From contig JAHQWK010000020.1 in NCBI GenBank assembly GCA_029856145.1, positions 1 through 64,000 on the forward strand: a DNA stretch of 64,000 bases, written 5' to 3'. Each line of letters opens with the position of its first letter. The stretch's first letter is position 1. The position numbers and the translations under genes are program-made. The notes below the pieces were generated by a model, which worked only from the letters and a program-made list of their open reading frames with translations, was not told the DNA's origin and searched no databases. Source of the stretch: Promethearchaeia archaeon. Its GTDB lineage: Archaea > Asgardarchaeota > Lokiarchaeia > Sigyniarchaeales > SOKP01. Positions 38,847-48,658 of this stretch are shown piece after piece.

Positions 38847-41800
38847 TTAAACTTGTCTAAATACTTCTTGTTCTGTTGAAATTATATAAAGACCATCAGG
38901 AATACCAAAATTATCAGGATCATCGGGGTAAAAATTGACCGAAACTTCGGTATTGTCTGGCCAATTTCCAACTGTAAATGTTAGATTGAAGAAACCAGTA
39001 CCATCCGTGATCCATATTTGAGTTGCTAATATACCACCTGATCCATCTCTAATAGTTACATTAATTTCCATGAACGCCATTGCGGTTCCATTATCCCAAT
39101 AAAGATATCCATATACATAGCAATCATCACCATAATACCAAACATCTTTAAAAACGTTAGTCTCATAATTTCCCGTAATATAGGTACCTGCTGTAATATC
39201 AATTGGGATTAATAAGCTACTATTGTGAAGCATATAATCGCTCATTGATATACCTGGAGCATTTAAGCCACCTGTAAACGTAATATTTATATAATAAGCT
39301 CCTTGTGGGCAAGATAAGTCGATTGAGTTCAAAAATTGATACGATCCATCAGCGTTAATAGTTATTGTTTGAGCACCATTTAAATATAGAACAGAAACGT
39401 CAGAATAAGAGCTATCTAATAAAACAATATTTAAATTTAACCCTCTTAAAAATTCTCCACTTTGTCTAACTGTTCCAAAAACAATAAAATTATCAACATC
39501 TCTTAAAATTGAACTTTGATCTATATTACTAAAAATGTTAACATACTCATTTATTATTACATATGTCAAATTTATAGTACCGGAGCCAGACCACTGAGCT
39601 CTTATTCGATGAAGTCCCGCGTGCCAATTGGTAGTATCAACTAATACAGAAGCTTCTCCATTAATTACAGATTGAGTTCCCAGTGGATTACCCGTATAAA
39701 TATCCGTAAATGAAACAGTACCAGAACTAACTGGAACTCCACTTTGAAGAATGTATACACTGAAATTAATATTATTTCCGGGATTATATCTTTCAGGAGG
39801 ATTTCCATCCCAGTAGAATGTTTGAGTTGGGTTTCCATCAATAAAGAAAGAAATATCAACATCATCAGGATCAATAACTCTTAAATCGTTTAAGCCAGGA
39901 ACTGAGTCCGTAAAATTAGCTATATACCATAAATTGAAAAAATGTGGATAACTAGGATTTGTATAAATAAATATACCATTAAAATCAACTTGTAAGGTGT
40001 AGTTTTTAGCTGGAGTCGCGCTTGAAACGGAATATATAAGATTTATTTCTCCAGACGCTCCAAGTTGTAAAGATCCCGATTCTAAATTTAAATAGAATGA
40101 TACATCAATTAATCCATCATACATAAAAACATTTATTTCTCCATATTTGATAGGATTTCCATTAAGAGAATCATTTATATAGCCATGGATTAAGAAATTC
40201 CTTCCATCTGTCCCACTACGATTAACTTCTCTAGGTTGGGGGCAAATATCAAGATTCACATCAATAGGTGCATCCAAAATAAAATATGAATAATTATACT
40301 TGTTATTCCATGTAGCGTAAATCAAATGTGGACCTGCTGTTGTACTGAAGCCAGTTGAATAAATTACCTGAGCATAACCTGAACTTGTTTGAGCTGACCC
40401 TATAGGAATATCTTCAGTTACATCATAGAAATTAACCCATTGTCCATCATCTATAGGAATCCCCCCATATTGAATAAATGCAGTGAGATTAAGCTTATTC
40501 CCTCGATTAATAGTAGGATTATAAGTATCATCAGCTGTAGTTCCATTTATCCAAAAGTTAAATTGTAGAATAGCTGGGGCATCTATTTGTAAATCATTAC
40601 TAAAGTAAGTAGAAGTATTTATAAAAGGTAAATTAAAAAAATATCTATAAGGATGAGACGGAGGAAAATCATTAAAATTCAATGTCCCGTTAAAATCTAA
40701 TCTTAATGTATAATTTCCTGGTGAAATGTTTGGAATGACTCCAAAATCTAAATCAAAATAACCATTAATATCTGTTTGGAATGTTTCACTTGGAGTCAAA
40801 TTTGAAGAGTAATCCATTCCATCTTTTAATAATTTTAATGAAATATAAGAAAAACTTAATGGAAGAGAAGTGTTAGTACTATCATAAATTTCTCCTACAA
40901 TATTAAATTGAGTTACTCCACCACCAGTACGATTAATAACACGAGGTGTTGGCCCAGAAAGAATATTGATTGTTGGTTCTTCATTTAAAATGAAATATGA
41001 ATGATTTTCTTGTAAACCAATTTTTGCATATAATAAATTCGGTCCTGCTACACTATAATCTGCAACAGGATAATTAATTGAAGCAAATCCATTTGCATCT
41101 GAAATATCAGAACCAATCAGGATATCACCTCTAGAATAATCATAAAAAGATACAAGCTTATTAGATATTGGTCCTAAGACAACCGAAACTACTTTGGCAG
41201 TGAGATTTAAATTGTGATATCGCGAAACACTTGCATAATTAGGAGGAATATTCGGATAGTTTGATGGCAAACCATCAATATAGAACCATACATCTAAAGC
41301 TTTCGTAATATTAAAATCAAGTCTGTTGCTTGAATTAGTCATATAATAATAAGGAACTTGAAATAAGAGAGATAAGAGAGAATATGAATAAGTTCCTAAA
41401 GGAGTGTCAATCCACCAAGTTCCGTTAAGATCGGCCCGGACTTCATAATTTCCAGCAGTATTATGATTAAGATCCAAGAAATCATTGAAATCTCCATCAT
41501 AAGTAGTATTAATTGCCGAAGGTGAGAATGCATTTGACACTCCATTGTTTGTCCCTTTTCTAAATAAGCGGATATTTAATTCAGGTCCCTCGACTCTATT
41601 TCCATTTAATGGATCATATACAAAACCTACAACGTTAGTAATATCTGGTTGAGCATCAGAAACATTAATTTCTCCAGGGTTAACATCGGTTAGAGCAATT
41701 GAAATATCTCCTGATATTGTAGTAAGATTGTAGCCTGCATTAAAGAAATCAAATCTCGCCTCAATTAAATGAGGACCAACAATTTCAGTAACATTAAAAA

Positions 41801-43373
41801 CAGTCTGAATTGATGCAAACCCACTTAAATCTGTATCATCTTGTCCCAGTACTCGACCTGTAGTATAATCTCTGAAAGTTATAGTTAAATTATCTACAGG
41901 GTCTGTAATTGAACTAACAATAGCAGATATACTAGCTGTATCCGGTCGTATATAGGAAGTTTGATCAGTTGAAACGGTGATATTATAATTACCTCCTATT
42001 ATAGGACTTCCCCCGCCTCCGAAGCTGTCAAAAATATCAAATTGAACCCATTTTCCTTTTCCATAAATATCTGTTGGCACGTAGATCTCTGCCCAATTAT
42101 AAAGATTTTTGTATTTAATCGCAAATCCCCATTGACCCTCATCATTATCCCAAAATTCTTCAATCATCAAACTATTGAAACCATCGACAAATCGACACGA
42201 GACTTCAAAAGCTCTAGCAAAAGCACAAAACGCTGAAGCAAAATCAGACCATAATCCTTGCTCAGTTTCACAAAACCAGTCAATATCATCTCTTCCTTCT
42301 GGGGCAGGATTATAGTCATCAGGATTCATTGGAAATGAAAATTGAGTTTGTAAATAATTTCTAATCTTATTTGCAACCCAAAAATCATGATCATTAGCAT
42401 TTATTCTATCATCTAAGATATCATAATGGTTAGTAAAATAAGGATTATTAGTCTTATAGACTTCAATTGTAGGAGGTAATTGTAAATATTTATTCTGTAA
42501 ACTCAAATACTCTGGTGAAGGATCAGTAACAATAACCGCACTGGTGTTTAATTCTTCATTTGATGGCAAGTAATTATAAAAGCCAAATATCTCAAATGTC
42601 ATATTTACATCATCATCTGAAGAAAATGAAAGATCTAGTGTAGTAGAATTATATTCATCTTTATACAACTGAGGTGAGGCGGGATCTAAATTTGGTGCAG
42701 AAATTGTATCCATAACAAAAGGACTTGGAAAGAGAGTAGGTAGAACCATTGAATTAGCTCCAATATTCGGGGATAATGGCATTTTTAATTTTAAAAGCTC
42801 AGGATCAGGGAAATAATTTGCAAGATAATCACCATAAGAGTATAAATCATAAAGATTACTCACTGCATTTGATGTCCAACCTTCACCAGTATACTCATCA
42901 AAACATTCATATTTCCATAAAACATCTGACATATTATTGAACGAGAGATAATCATATACTCTAAAAACTTCAATTTCTCCCGCTCCAGAATACAGAAGAT
43001 CAAGTAAACCTTGAGAAAAGTTTCCTAAATCTAAATCATCAATATCTCCATCAAACATTTCTGATAGTAAGTCGAGGAGAGAAGCAGGATCATCTACTTG
43101 ATCTAATAAATCTTGCCAAAAATCCTCATCAAATGGATAATTATCTACTAAATCGGCGTCTTCCCATTCAGTTTCGCCTTTTTCCTTATTAGGGTTTGGT
43201 CTATTAGTCCCAAAAAGAAAACTAATTAGTACTGTAGAGAAAGCAAATATACTAATTAAAAGCATTGCTACTAATGCTACTCCTATAATCCTTTTTTTAT
43301 TAATGCCGCCGCCTAATAATTCATCTCTTAAATCTGGCATATTTTTCTGAAAATGAAACTTATTTTTTTCCAA
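38847..43373 (-). CDS. Large surface protein: transglutaminase-like domain (catalytic Cys/His replaced) plus tandem Ig-like repeats; start TTG 43373 or ATG 43340
   Basis: GLWSDFASAFCAFARAFEVSCRFVDGF, YNWAEIY and WVQFD match the TGase fold; repeated GPH.I.A modules; many N-x-S/T sequons; N-terminal TM. Confidence 0.82.
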   Translation of the reverse strand: MEKNKFHFQKNMPDLRDELLGGGINKKRIIGVALVAMLLISIFAFSTVLISFLFGTNRPNPNKEKGETEWEDADLVDNYPFDEDFWQDLLDQVDDPASLLDLLSEMFDGDIDDLDLGNFSQGLLDLLYSGAGEIEVFRVYDYLSFNNMSDVLWKYECFDEYTGEGWTSNAVSNLYDLYSYGDYLANYFPDPELLKLKMPLSPNIGANSMVLPTLFPSPFVMDTISAPNLDPASPQLYKDEYNSTTLDLSFSSDDDVNMTFEIFGFYNYLPSNEELNTSAVIVTDPSPEYLSLQNKYLQLPPTIEVYKTNNPYFTNHYDILDDRINANDHDFWVANKIRNYLQTQFSFPMNPDDYNPAPEGRDDIDWFCETEQGLWSDFASAFCAFARAFEVSCRFVDGFNSLMIEEFWDNDEGQWGFAIKYKNLYNWAEIYVPTDIYGKGKWVQFDIFDSFGGGGSPIIGGNYNITVSTDQTSYIRPDTASISAIVSSITDPVDNLTITFRDYTTGRVLGQDDTDLSGFASIQTVFNVTEIVGPHLIEARFDFFNAGYNLTTISGDISIALTDVNPGEINVSDAQPDITNVVGFVYDPLNGNRVEGPELNIRLFRKGTNNGVSNAFSPSAINTTYDGDFNDFLDLNHNTAGNYEVRADLNGTWWIDTPLGTYSYSLLSLLFQVPYYYMTNSSNRLDFNITKALDVWFYIDGLPSNYPNIPPNYASVSRYHNLNLTAKVVSVVLGPISNKLVSFYDYSRGDILIGSDISDANGFASINYPVADYSVAGPNLLYAKIGLQENHSYFILNEEPTINILSGPTPRVINRTGGGVTQFNIVGEIYDSTNTSLPLSFSYISLKLLKDGMDYSSNLTPSETFQTDINGYFDLDFGVIPNISPGNYTLRLDFNGTLNFNDFPPSHPYRYFFNLPFINTSTYFSNDLQIDAPAILQFNFWINGTTADDTYNPTINRGNKLNLTAFIQYGGIPIDDGQWVNFYDVTEDIPIGSAQTSSGYAQVIYSTGFSTTAGPHLIYATWNNKYNYSYFILDAPIDVNLDICPQPREVNRSGTDGRNFLIHGYINDSLNGNPIKYGEINVFMYDGLIDVSFYLNLESGSLQLGASGEINLIYSVSSATPAKNYTLQVDFNGIFIYTNPSYPHFFNLWYIANFTDSVPGLNDLRVIDPDDVDISFFIDGNPTQTFYWDGNPPERYNPGNNINFSVYILQSGVPVSSGTVSFTDIYTGNPLGTQSVINGEASVLVDTTNWHAGLHRIRAQWSGSGTINLTYVIINEYVNIFSNIDQSSILRDVDNFIVFGTVRQSGEFLRGLNLNIVLLDSSYSDVSVLYLNGAQTITINADGSYQFLNSIDLSCPQGAYYINITFTGGLNAPGISMSDYMLHNSSLLIPIDITAGTYITGNYETNVFKDVWYYGDDCYVYGYLYWDNGTAMAFMEINVTIRDGSGGILATQIWITDGTGFFNLTFTVGNWPDNTEVSVNFYPDDPDNFGIPDGLYIISTEQEVFRQV

Positions 43374-43604
43374 AAAAGTTTAGAATATTAATTTTAGAAT
43401 ATTAATAATAATTTTTTTATATATAATTTTCCAATCGTTTTTTAAATTGTTCAGATCTTTAAATATAAATTTTTCTGAAGTACTTAAATATATTTAAAAA
43501 GAAAATAGTACACTAAATAAATCTTGTAATAAAACTAAAATTAATAATTCTATTCAAAAAGATGACTAAAAAGTAATTAAGGATTAAAAGAAAGACTGAT
43601 AAAT

Positions 43605-44519
43605 TTAAAATTCAAATCCGCATTTAGTGCAAACCATTTTTTTTGCATAAATAGGTTTGGGAATATAGCTAATTATTCGTGTTCTATCTTCTACTTCTTT
43701 CACAGCAAATCCACTTGCACCACAATTAGGGCAAATTCTTCTTCCTGTTCCCATCGAGGGTGATGGACTTGGCGTTGATGTTGGAGTAGTTGACATACTT
43801 GGAGTAGTACTATAGTTTGTTGTTTGGTTTGTTATCCCTTGAGCTAAGCTAGAAGGCATAACTGCTTTTGGCTCTTTTAATTCTTGAATACGTTTTTCTT
43901 TGTATGTAATTTCTTCTTGTAATTTATTTATTTGTGCTTGCAACGGACCAAGTTGTTGCTGTAATATAGAGTTATGTTGCTGTAACTCTTGAACTTGTTG
44001 TTCCAATCCTGGTATATGGGCTTGTAATTGAGCATTCTGGTCTGTTAATTGTTGGACTTGCTGTTGGTAAGTTTCATTTGAAGATTGTAGAGATTGTAAT
44101 TGGTTTGCCAATCTATTTACTTGATTTTCTTTCTCTCGAAGTTGAGCACTTAATTGGGAAGTTTGACTACTTAAATCGCTAATTTGGGATTGTAATTGGC
44201 CTAAACTTGAATCTTTTTCTTGGAGTTGGGTATATATTGTATCATATTCTGCTTGTGAAGGACCGGTAGGAATTGAGGGAGCAGTTTGAATAATTGGTGG
44301 AGCTGTAGGTTCCATGGTAATAGGAGGAGTTGGTTCATATATAGGGGGCGCCGGAGGTTGTAAGGTAGGGGGAGGTGTCATAGGGGTAGGTGTCGAAGGA
44401 GGGGGCATTGAAGGAGGGGGCGTTAATGGGGTTACCGAAGGTGGGGGCATGGTTGGAAAAGAGACTTCTTTTTTTTTCTTTTCTTTATCATCATCATTTC
44501 TCTCATATTCATACGACAT
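43605..44519 (-). CDS. Proline-rich / coiled-coil / C-terminal Zn-ribbon protein
   Basis: aa 22-86 Pro/Thr-rich; aa about 90-215 Gln-rich heptads; CPNC...CTKC at the C-terminus. Confidence 0.8.
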   Translation of the reverse strand: MSYEYERNDDDKEKKKKEVSFPTMPPPSVTPLTPPPSMPPPSTPTPMTPPPTLQPPAPPIYEPTPPITMEPTAPPIIQTAPSIPTGPSQAEYDTIYTQLQEKDSSLGQLQSQISDLSSQTSQLSAQLREKENQVNRLANQLQSLQSSNETYQQQVQQLTDQNAQLQAHIPGLEQQVQELQQHNSILQQQLGPLQAQINKLQEEITYKEKRIQELKEPKAVMPSSLAQGITNQTTNYSTTPSMSTTPTSTPSPSPSMGTGRRICPNCGASGFAVKEVEDRTRIISYIPKPIYAKKMVCTKCGFEF

Positions 44520-44627
44520 GATAATCTCCTTATTGGTTAATTAAATTAAAAATATTTTCAATAATTTTATAGAAGTAATTATGATTATAGCATAAATGTA
44601 AATATAAAAGTGTTTGCATGTTATATC

Positions 44628-45722
44628 TTAAAAACAATTCCAATATGAACTTAATTTATCCTTTAAAGCGGGAATTAATCTGTTATTATAATAATCTAGT
44701 AATTTTTGTCCAGAAGTTCTTAATTCCTCTTTTATTAGATTATTATCCTCATTATTGAGAACTCTTAAGCAATTATAAACAGCTCGAGCTTGTTTATCTA
44801 ACTGATATCCCCCCTCTAAAGTTATTAGAATTCTTTCATCAGCATATTTTTGTGCTATTGTTTTAATTTTTTGTAAATATTCTGCGGGTGCTTGGTAAGT
44901 CCAATTCATGTTTGTCAATTGATCTGTCCAATGAGTATCAAAACCGGCAGAAATTAGGATGAATTCTGGTTTAAATTCTTCACAGATTGGAATGATTATT
45001 TCTTTTAAATAAATCGGTATCACATCATCAGCAGAGCCGGCAGGCATTGGATAATTAATTATTTTACCAGCACCTTTACCCTTGCCAATTTCATCGAAAT
45101 TTCCAGTTCCGGGATAAAAATATCCATATTGATGAGAATTGAACATTACTAATTCGCCAGAATCTGATTTAGAACCTTGATAAAATATATCTTGGGTACC
45201 ATTTCCATGGTGGCAATCCCAATCAATAATGACTACTTTTTTTATTCCTTTTTCTCTAAAAAGATATTCCGCAGTAATAGCAATATTATTGAAAATGCAA
45301 AATCCCGCAAATCGATGAGAATTAGAGTGGTGTCCAGGAGGTCTAACTAAAGCAAATGCATTCTTTATATTACCATTTATAATCTCATCAGCAGCCTGCA
45401 AGTTACCACCGACAGAAAATAACGATGCTTCATAAGTTTTAGGAGAGGCAATAGTATCGCCATCGTCTATATATTGAAGACGTTGTGTTTTAGCACTTAG
45501 TTCACAGATCTCTTGTATCTCTTTTATTATTCTTTCCCTATGGACATATCTTATTTGGTCAAGAGTCGCCTTCCTTGGTTTAATAATTCTATAGCTTGGA
45601 TCTTCAAGTAATTTTTTTTCTTTTAAAAAATCCATAATAGCAATTAATCTTTCATGGCTTTCTACATGAGTTCCTATGTCATGTTCTAGATAAATATCAT
45701 CATATACTATTCCAGTTGTCAT
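44628..45722 (-). CDS. Histone deacetylase family (class II-like) protein
   Basis: RPPGHH, GFCIFNN, DWDCHHGNGTQ, PGTG, SAGFD and LEGGY. Confidence 0.95.
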   Translation of the reverse strand: MTTGIVYDDIYLEHDIGTHVESHERLIAIMDFLKEKKLLEDPSYRIIKPRKATLDQIRYVHRERIIKEIQEICELSAKTQRLQYIDDGDTIASPKTYEASLFSVGGNLQAADEIINGNIKNAFALVRPPGHHSNSHRFAGFCIFNNIAITAEYLFREKGIKKVVIIDWDCHHGNGTQDIFYQGSKSDSGELVMFNSHQYGYFYPGTGNFDEIGKGKGAGKIINYPMPAGSADDVIPIYLKEIIIPICEEFKPEFILISAGFDTHWTDQLTNMNWTYQAPAEYLQKIKTIAQKYADERILITLEGGYQLDKQARAVYNCLRVLNNEDNNLIKEELRTSGQKLLDYYNNRLIPALKDKLSSYWNCF

Positions 45723-45840
45723 AATTGTAGATTTATACCTTATTCTTTATTTTCTGAATTCAATTCAATAATTTTAAGCTTCAATTATTTTAATATTTAC
45801 ATATATACTTATAAAATTTTCTTCATAGATTTAGTTAAAT

Positions 45841-46365
45841 ATGAAAAAAATTAAGAAACTAAGTCTAAAAATCATTATAGTGGGAGAACCCGCTGTAGGT
45901 AAAACTAGTTTGGTTAAAAAGTTTGTATCGGGGCAATTTGCTAAAGATTATCGTTCTAGTATTGGGACTAATATATTTATTAAAAAAATTAATCTTAAAA
46001 ATATCGGTAAAGTAACAATTCAACTATGGGATATAGCTGGACAAGAACGCTGGATAAATATGAGACGTTCTTATTATGTTGGGTCAAAAGGAGTGCTTAT
46101 TGTAGGGGATTTGACGAGAAAAAATACATTTGATCAAATTAGACATTTTTGGGTTCCGGATGTAAAACAACATTGTGAAGTTGCCCCCATTGTATTACTC
46201 GCTAACAAAAATGACTTAGAAAAAGAATTAAGTGAAAAAGAGATTAATTCTTTAGGAAAAGAAATTAATGCGATTTCAATTGTTTATACATCTGCTAAAA
46301 CAGGTGAAAATGTTGAAATGGCTTTTAAAATAATATCTGAACAAGTAATAAACAAATTTTATTAA
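45841..46365 (+). CDS. Rab-like small GTPase (Ras superfamily) with no C-terminal prenylation motif
   Basis: GEPAVGKTS, WDIAGQE, NKND and TSAK; stop codon overlaps the convergent mcm stop by 4 nt. Confidence 0.93.
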   Translation: MKKIKKLSLKIIIVGEPAVGKTSLVKKFVSGQFAKDYRSSIGTNIFIKKINLKNIGKVTIQLWDIAGQERWINMRRSYYVGSKGVLIVGDLTRKNTFDQIRHFWVPDVKQHCEVAPIVLLANKNDLEKELSEKEINSLGKEINAISIVYTSAKTGENVEMAFKIISEQVINKFY

Positions 46366-48488
46366 ATTTCTTTATTTGTGAATCTAAGTAGATTATTTTT
46401 TGGTTCATATAGAGTTCCTTCTTTTAGTAATTCTCCTAGAGCACTTTCAATAAATTTTCTATCTAAATTTTCTTCTAATTCTAAAATTTGAATAACGTTG
46501 GACTTTTCAAGTGCTTTCCAATTGTTTTCCTCAAAGATTTCTTTCAATCTATTCATTAAAGTATCTAGTTTATTAAGATTGCTTCTAGATTGACCAACAA
46601 AAATTCTATCCATATCAATTTTGCCAGTTGTTTCATCATAACCTGTATCTTTTAGATATCTTTTAAATAGTTTAAAAATTTCTTCTACGTCTTCTTTAAG
46701 TACTTTATTTCTTAAAGCCATTTTTGCATAAGCTTCACTAAGTCTAACTAAGGCATCTAAATTTCTTGCTAAAATTGATATAATCGCATCTTCACTATCA
46801 TATTGACCTCTTAAATTTAGGTAAAATTCTTTTATTCTTTCCTTAGCCTCATCAGACAATATCGGGTTGCAGGTCCTTCTTGCGTGTTTGATATATTTTT
46901 TTAGAATCTCCCTTGAGATTGGTGCTATAGAAGTATCAATTTCTTCTATTGTTTCTTCTGGGTCAAACATAGAATTTTTTAATATAAATTCAGCCATTTG
47001 TGCATCATCTGCCTGATTAGGTTTATCAACAACCACAAAAATTAAATCAAACCGAGATAAAAGAGAAGGTGGCAATCGAATATTTTGAGTAGGAGTTTTA
47101 TATCTATCGTATCTTCCAGAATGAGGATTTGCTGCTGATATAATTGCGGTTTGGGCTTTCAATGTAGCAACAATTCCAGCTTTAGCAATACTGACAGTTT
47201 GTTGTTCCATCGCCTCATGCAGTGCTGATCTATCTGCAGTATCCATCTTATCAAATTCATCTATTGCCGCTACGCCTCCATTTGCTAACACAACAACACC
47301 TGCCTCAAGGTTCATCTGACCTGTGTCAGTGTCTTTAATTACAGCAGCCGTTAGACCTACGGCTGTTGAGCCTTTCCCAGAAGTATATAATCCTCTTGGG
47401 GATACTTCTATGGCGCTTTTCAGGATTTCTGATTTTCCCGTTCCTGGATCTCCAACAAATAATACGTGGATGTCACCTCTTTTATAGCCTCCTCCAGGTT
47501 TTTTCTTTCTTGTTCCTGCAAATAAGCTTAAAGCTGAAGCCATTTTAAGATCTTGTCTCCCATATATATCAGGAGCAATTGATCTTGCGATTTTTTTTTG
47601 AATAAAAGGTTCTTTAGACAGATCCTCAATTTTTTTCCTGTCCTCTTTGGTGAGATCAATAATATCATCAGTTTTATCCTCAGGGTCAATAAAATTGATA
47701 TCAATAAAAGTCTTGAATAATGTAGAATTATTACTTTTAGTTGACTGAGCTAAAACTGATTTAAAAATTCCCAATATCTTTACTCTATCACCAGGTTTTA
47801 CCGTATCAACTAAATTATAGGTTAAAATTGCTTGAACTGATCTAGGAATTCTTCCAGGCGGTAAATCTTCTGGTATTTCCTGTATCATTATAGACTGCCA
47901 ATCAATAAATTCTGAATGTTTTGATATTAGTCTAAAGTCTGTTTGAGCTTTAGCTTTACACCGTTTATTTATACAAAATTTTGGCCATCTTATTCTGGAA
48001 GTCAACTGAATAACATCAAATTGAGCTCCACATAAATTACATTCAAAAGATGCTTTTACGATTTTTGGTCTTATTGTAGAACATCTGACTAAAATACCTT
48101 TAGACCAAACAAGAGTGCTAATATGTTTTGCTCTTAAACCTCTTAAAGGAAGAAATAATGGGCTCTTTTTATCTTTAGTAGTTATTCTTACGAAATAGTT
48201 TTTATTAGTTAGTTTTGACCCTTGAAATTTTAATAAATTTTTGAATGCTTCAACAGCATCTTCAATTATCGCTTCAGGATCTTTTTTAAGCATTTCTGCT
48301 ATATCAGGATCACTCGCTAATAAATCTTCAAAAAGTATTATTAATGTATTCTCACCTTTTGCATAGATATCGTTAATTTGATCTTGATATTTATACGCAC
48401 CTGGACTTTCTTGAAATAGTCGATAAAAATCCTCAAAGCGTTGAACTTTATTAATTGGGCTACTAGGACTGGAGAGAGGGATTGTCAT
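46362..48488 (-). CDS. mcm: Replicative helicase MCM
   Basis: Zn finger CNLC...CINKRC, GDPGTGKS, IDEFDKM, MEQQTVSIAKAG, SRFD and a C-terminal wHTH; no intein. Confidence 0.97.
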   Translation of the reverse strand: MTIPLSSPSSPINKVQRFEDFYRLFQESPGAYKYQDQINDIYAKGENTLIILFEDLLASDPDIAEMLKKDPEAIIEDAVEAFKNLLKFQGSKLTNKNYFVRITTKDKKSPLFLPLRGLRAKHISTLVWSKGILVRCSTIRPKIVKASFECNLCGAQFDVIQLTSRIRWPKFCINKRCKAKAQTDFRLISKHSEFIDWQSIMIQEIPEDLPPGRIPRSVQAILTYNLVDTVKPGDRVKILGIFKSVLAQSTKSNNSTLFKTFIDINFIDPEDKTDDIIDLTKEDRKKIEDLSKEPFIQKKIARSIAPDIYGRQDLKMASALSLFAGTRKKKPGGGYKRGDIHVLFVGDPGTGKSEILKSAIEVSPRGLYTSGKGSTAVGLTAAVIKDTDTGQMNLEAGVVVLANGGVAAIDEFDKMDTADRSALHEAMEQQTVSIAKAGIVATLKAQTAIISAANPHSGRYDRYKTPTQNIRLPPSLLSRFDLIFVVVDKPNQADDAQMAEFILKNSMFDPEETIEEIDTSIAPISREILKKYIKHARRTCNPILSDEAKERIKEFYLNLRGQYDSEDAIISILARNLDALVRLSEAYAKMALRNKVLKEDVEEIFKLFKRYLKDTGYDETTGKIDMDRIFVGQSRSNLNKLDTLMNRLKEIFEENNWKALEKSNVIQILELEENLDRKFIESALGELLKEGTLYEPKNNLLRFTNKEI

Positions 48489-48658
48489 GACAAAAAACTT
48501 TAATTTTTTTGATATACCTAAATTATTCTTGGTGATTTTTTAATTCTGATATTAATGACTTATTTTATTAAAGTGTAAATAAACAACTATAATAAACCCG
48601 AGACTGTCGTAAGGTTTACTGAATTATGTTTGAATCTATTGAACTGGGAAATTATATC

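Noticed and set aside
44314-44544. Gly-rich 76-aa ORF on + strand
   Set aside because: It is the antisense mirror of the poly-Pro codons of 43605..44519, with no independent evidence
48593-48618. Small hairpin TAAACC-CGA-GACTG-TCG-TAA-GGTTTA upstream of mcm, considered as SECIS, replication-origin element or ncRNA
   Set aside because: Short and weak; no AUGA/GA quartet, no upstream in-frame UGA selenoprotein, no repeated ORB boxes and no cdc6 nearby
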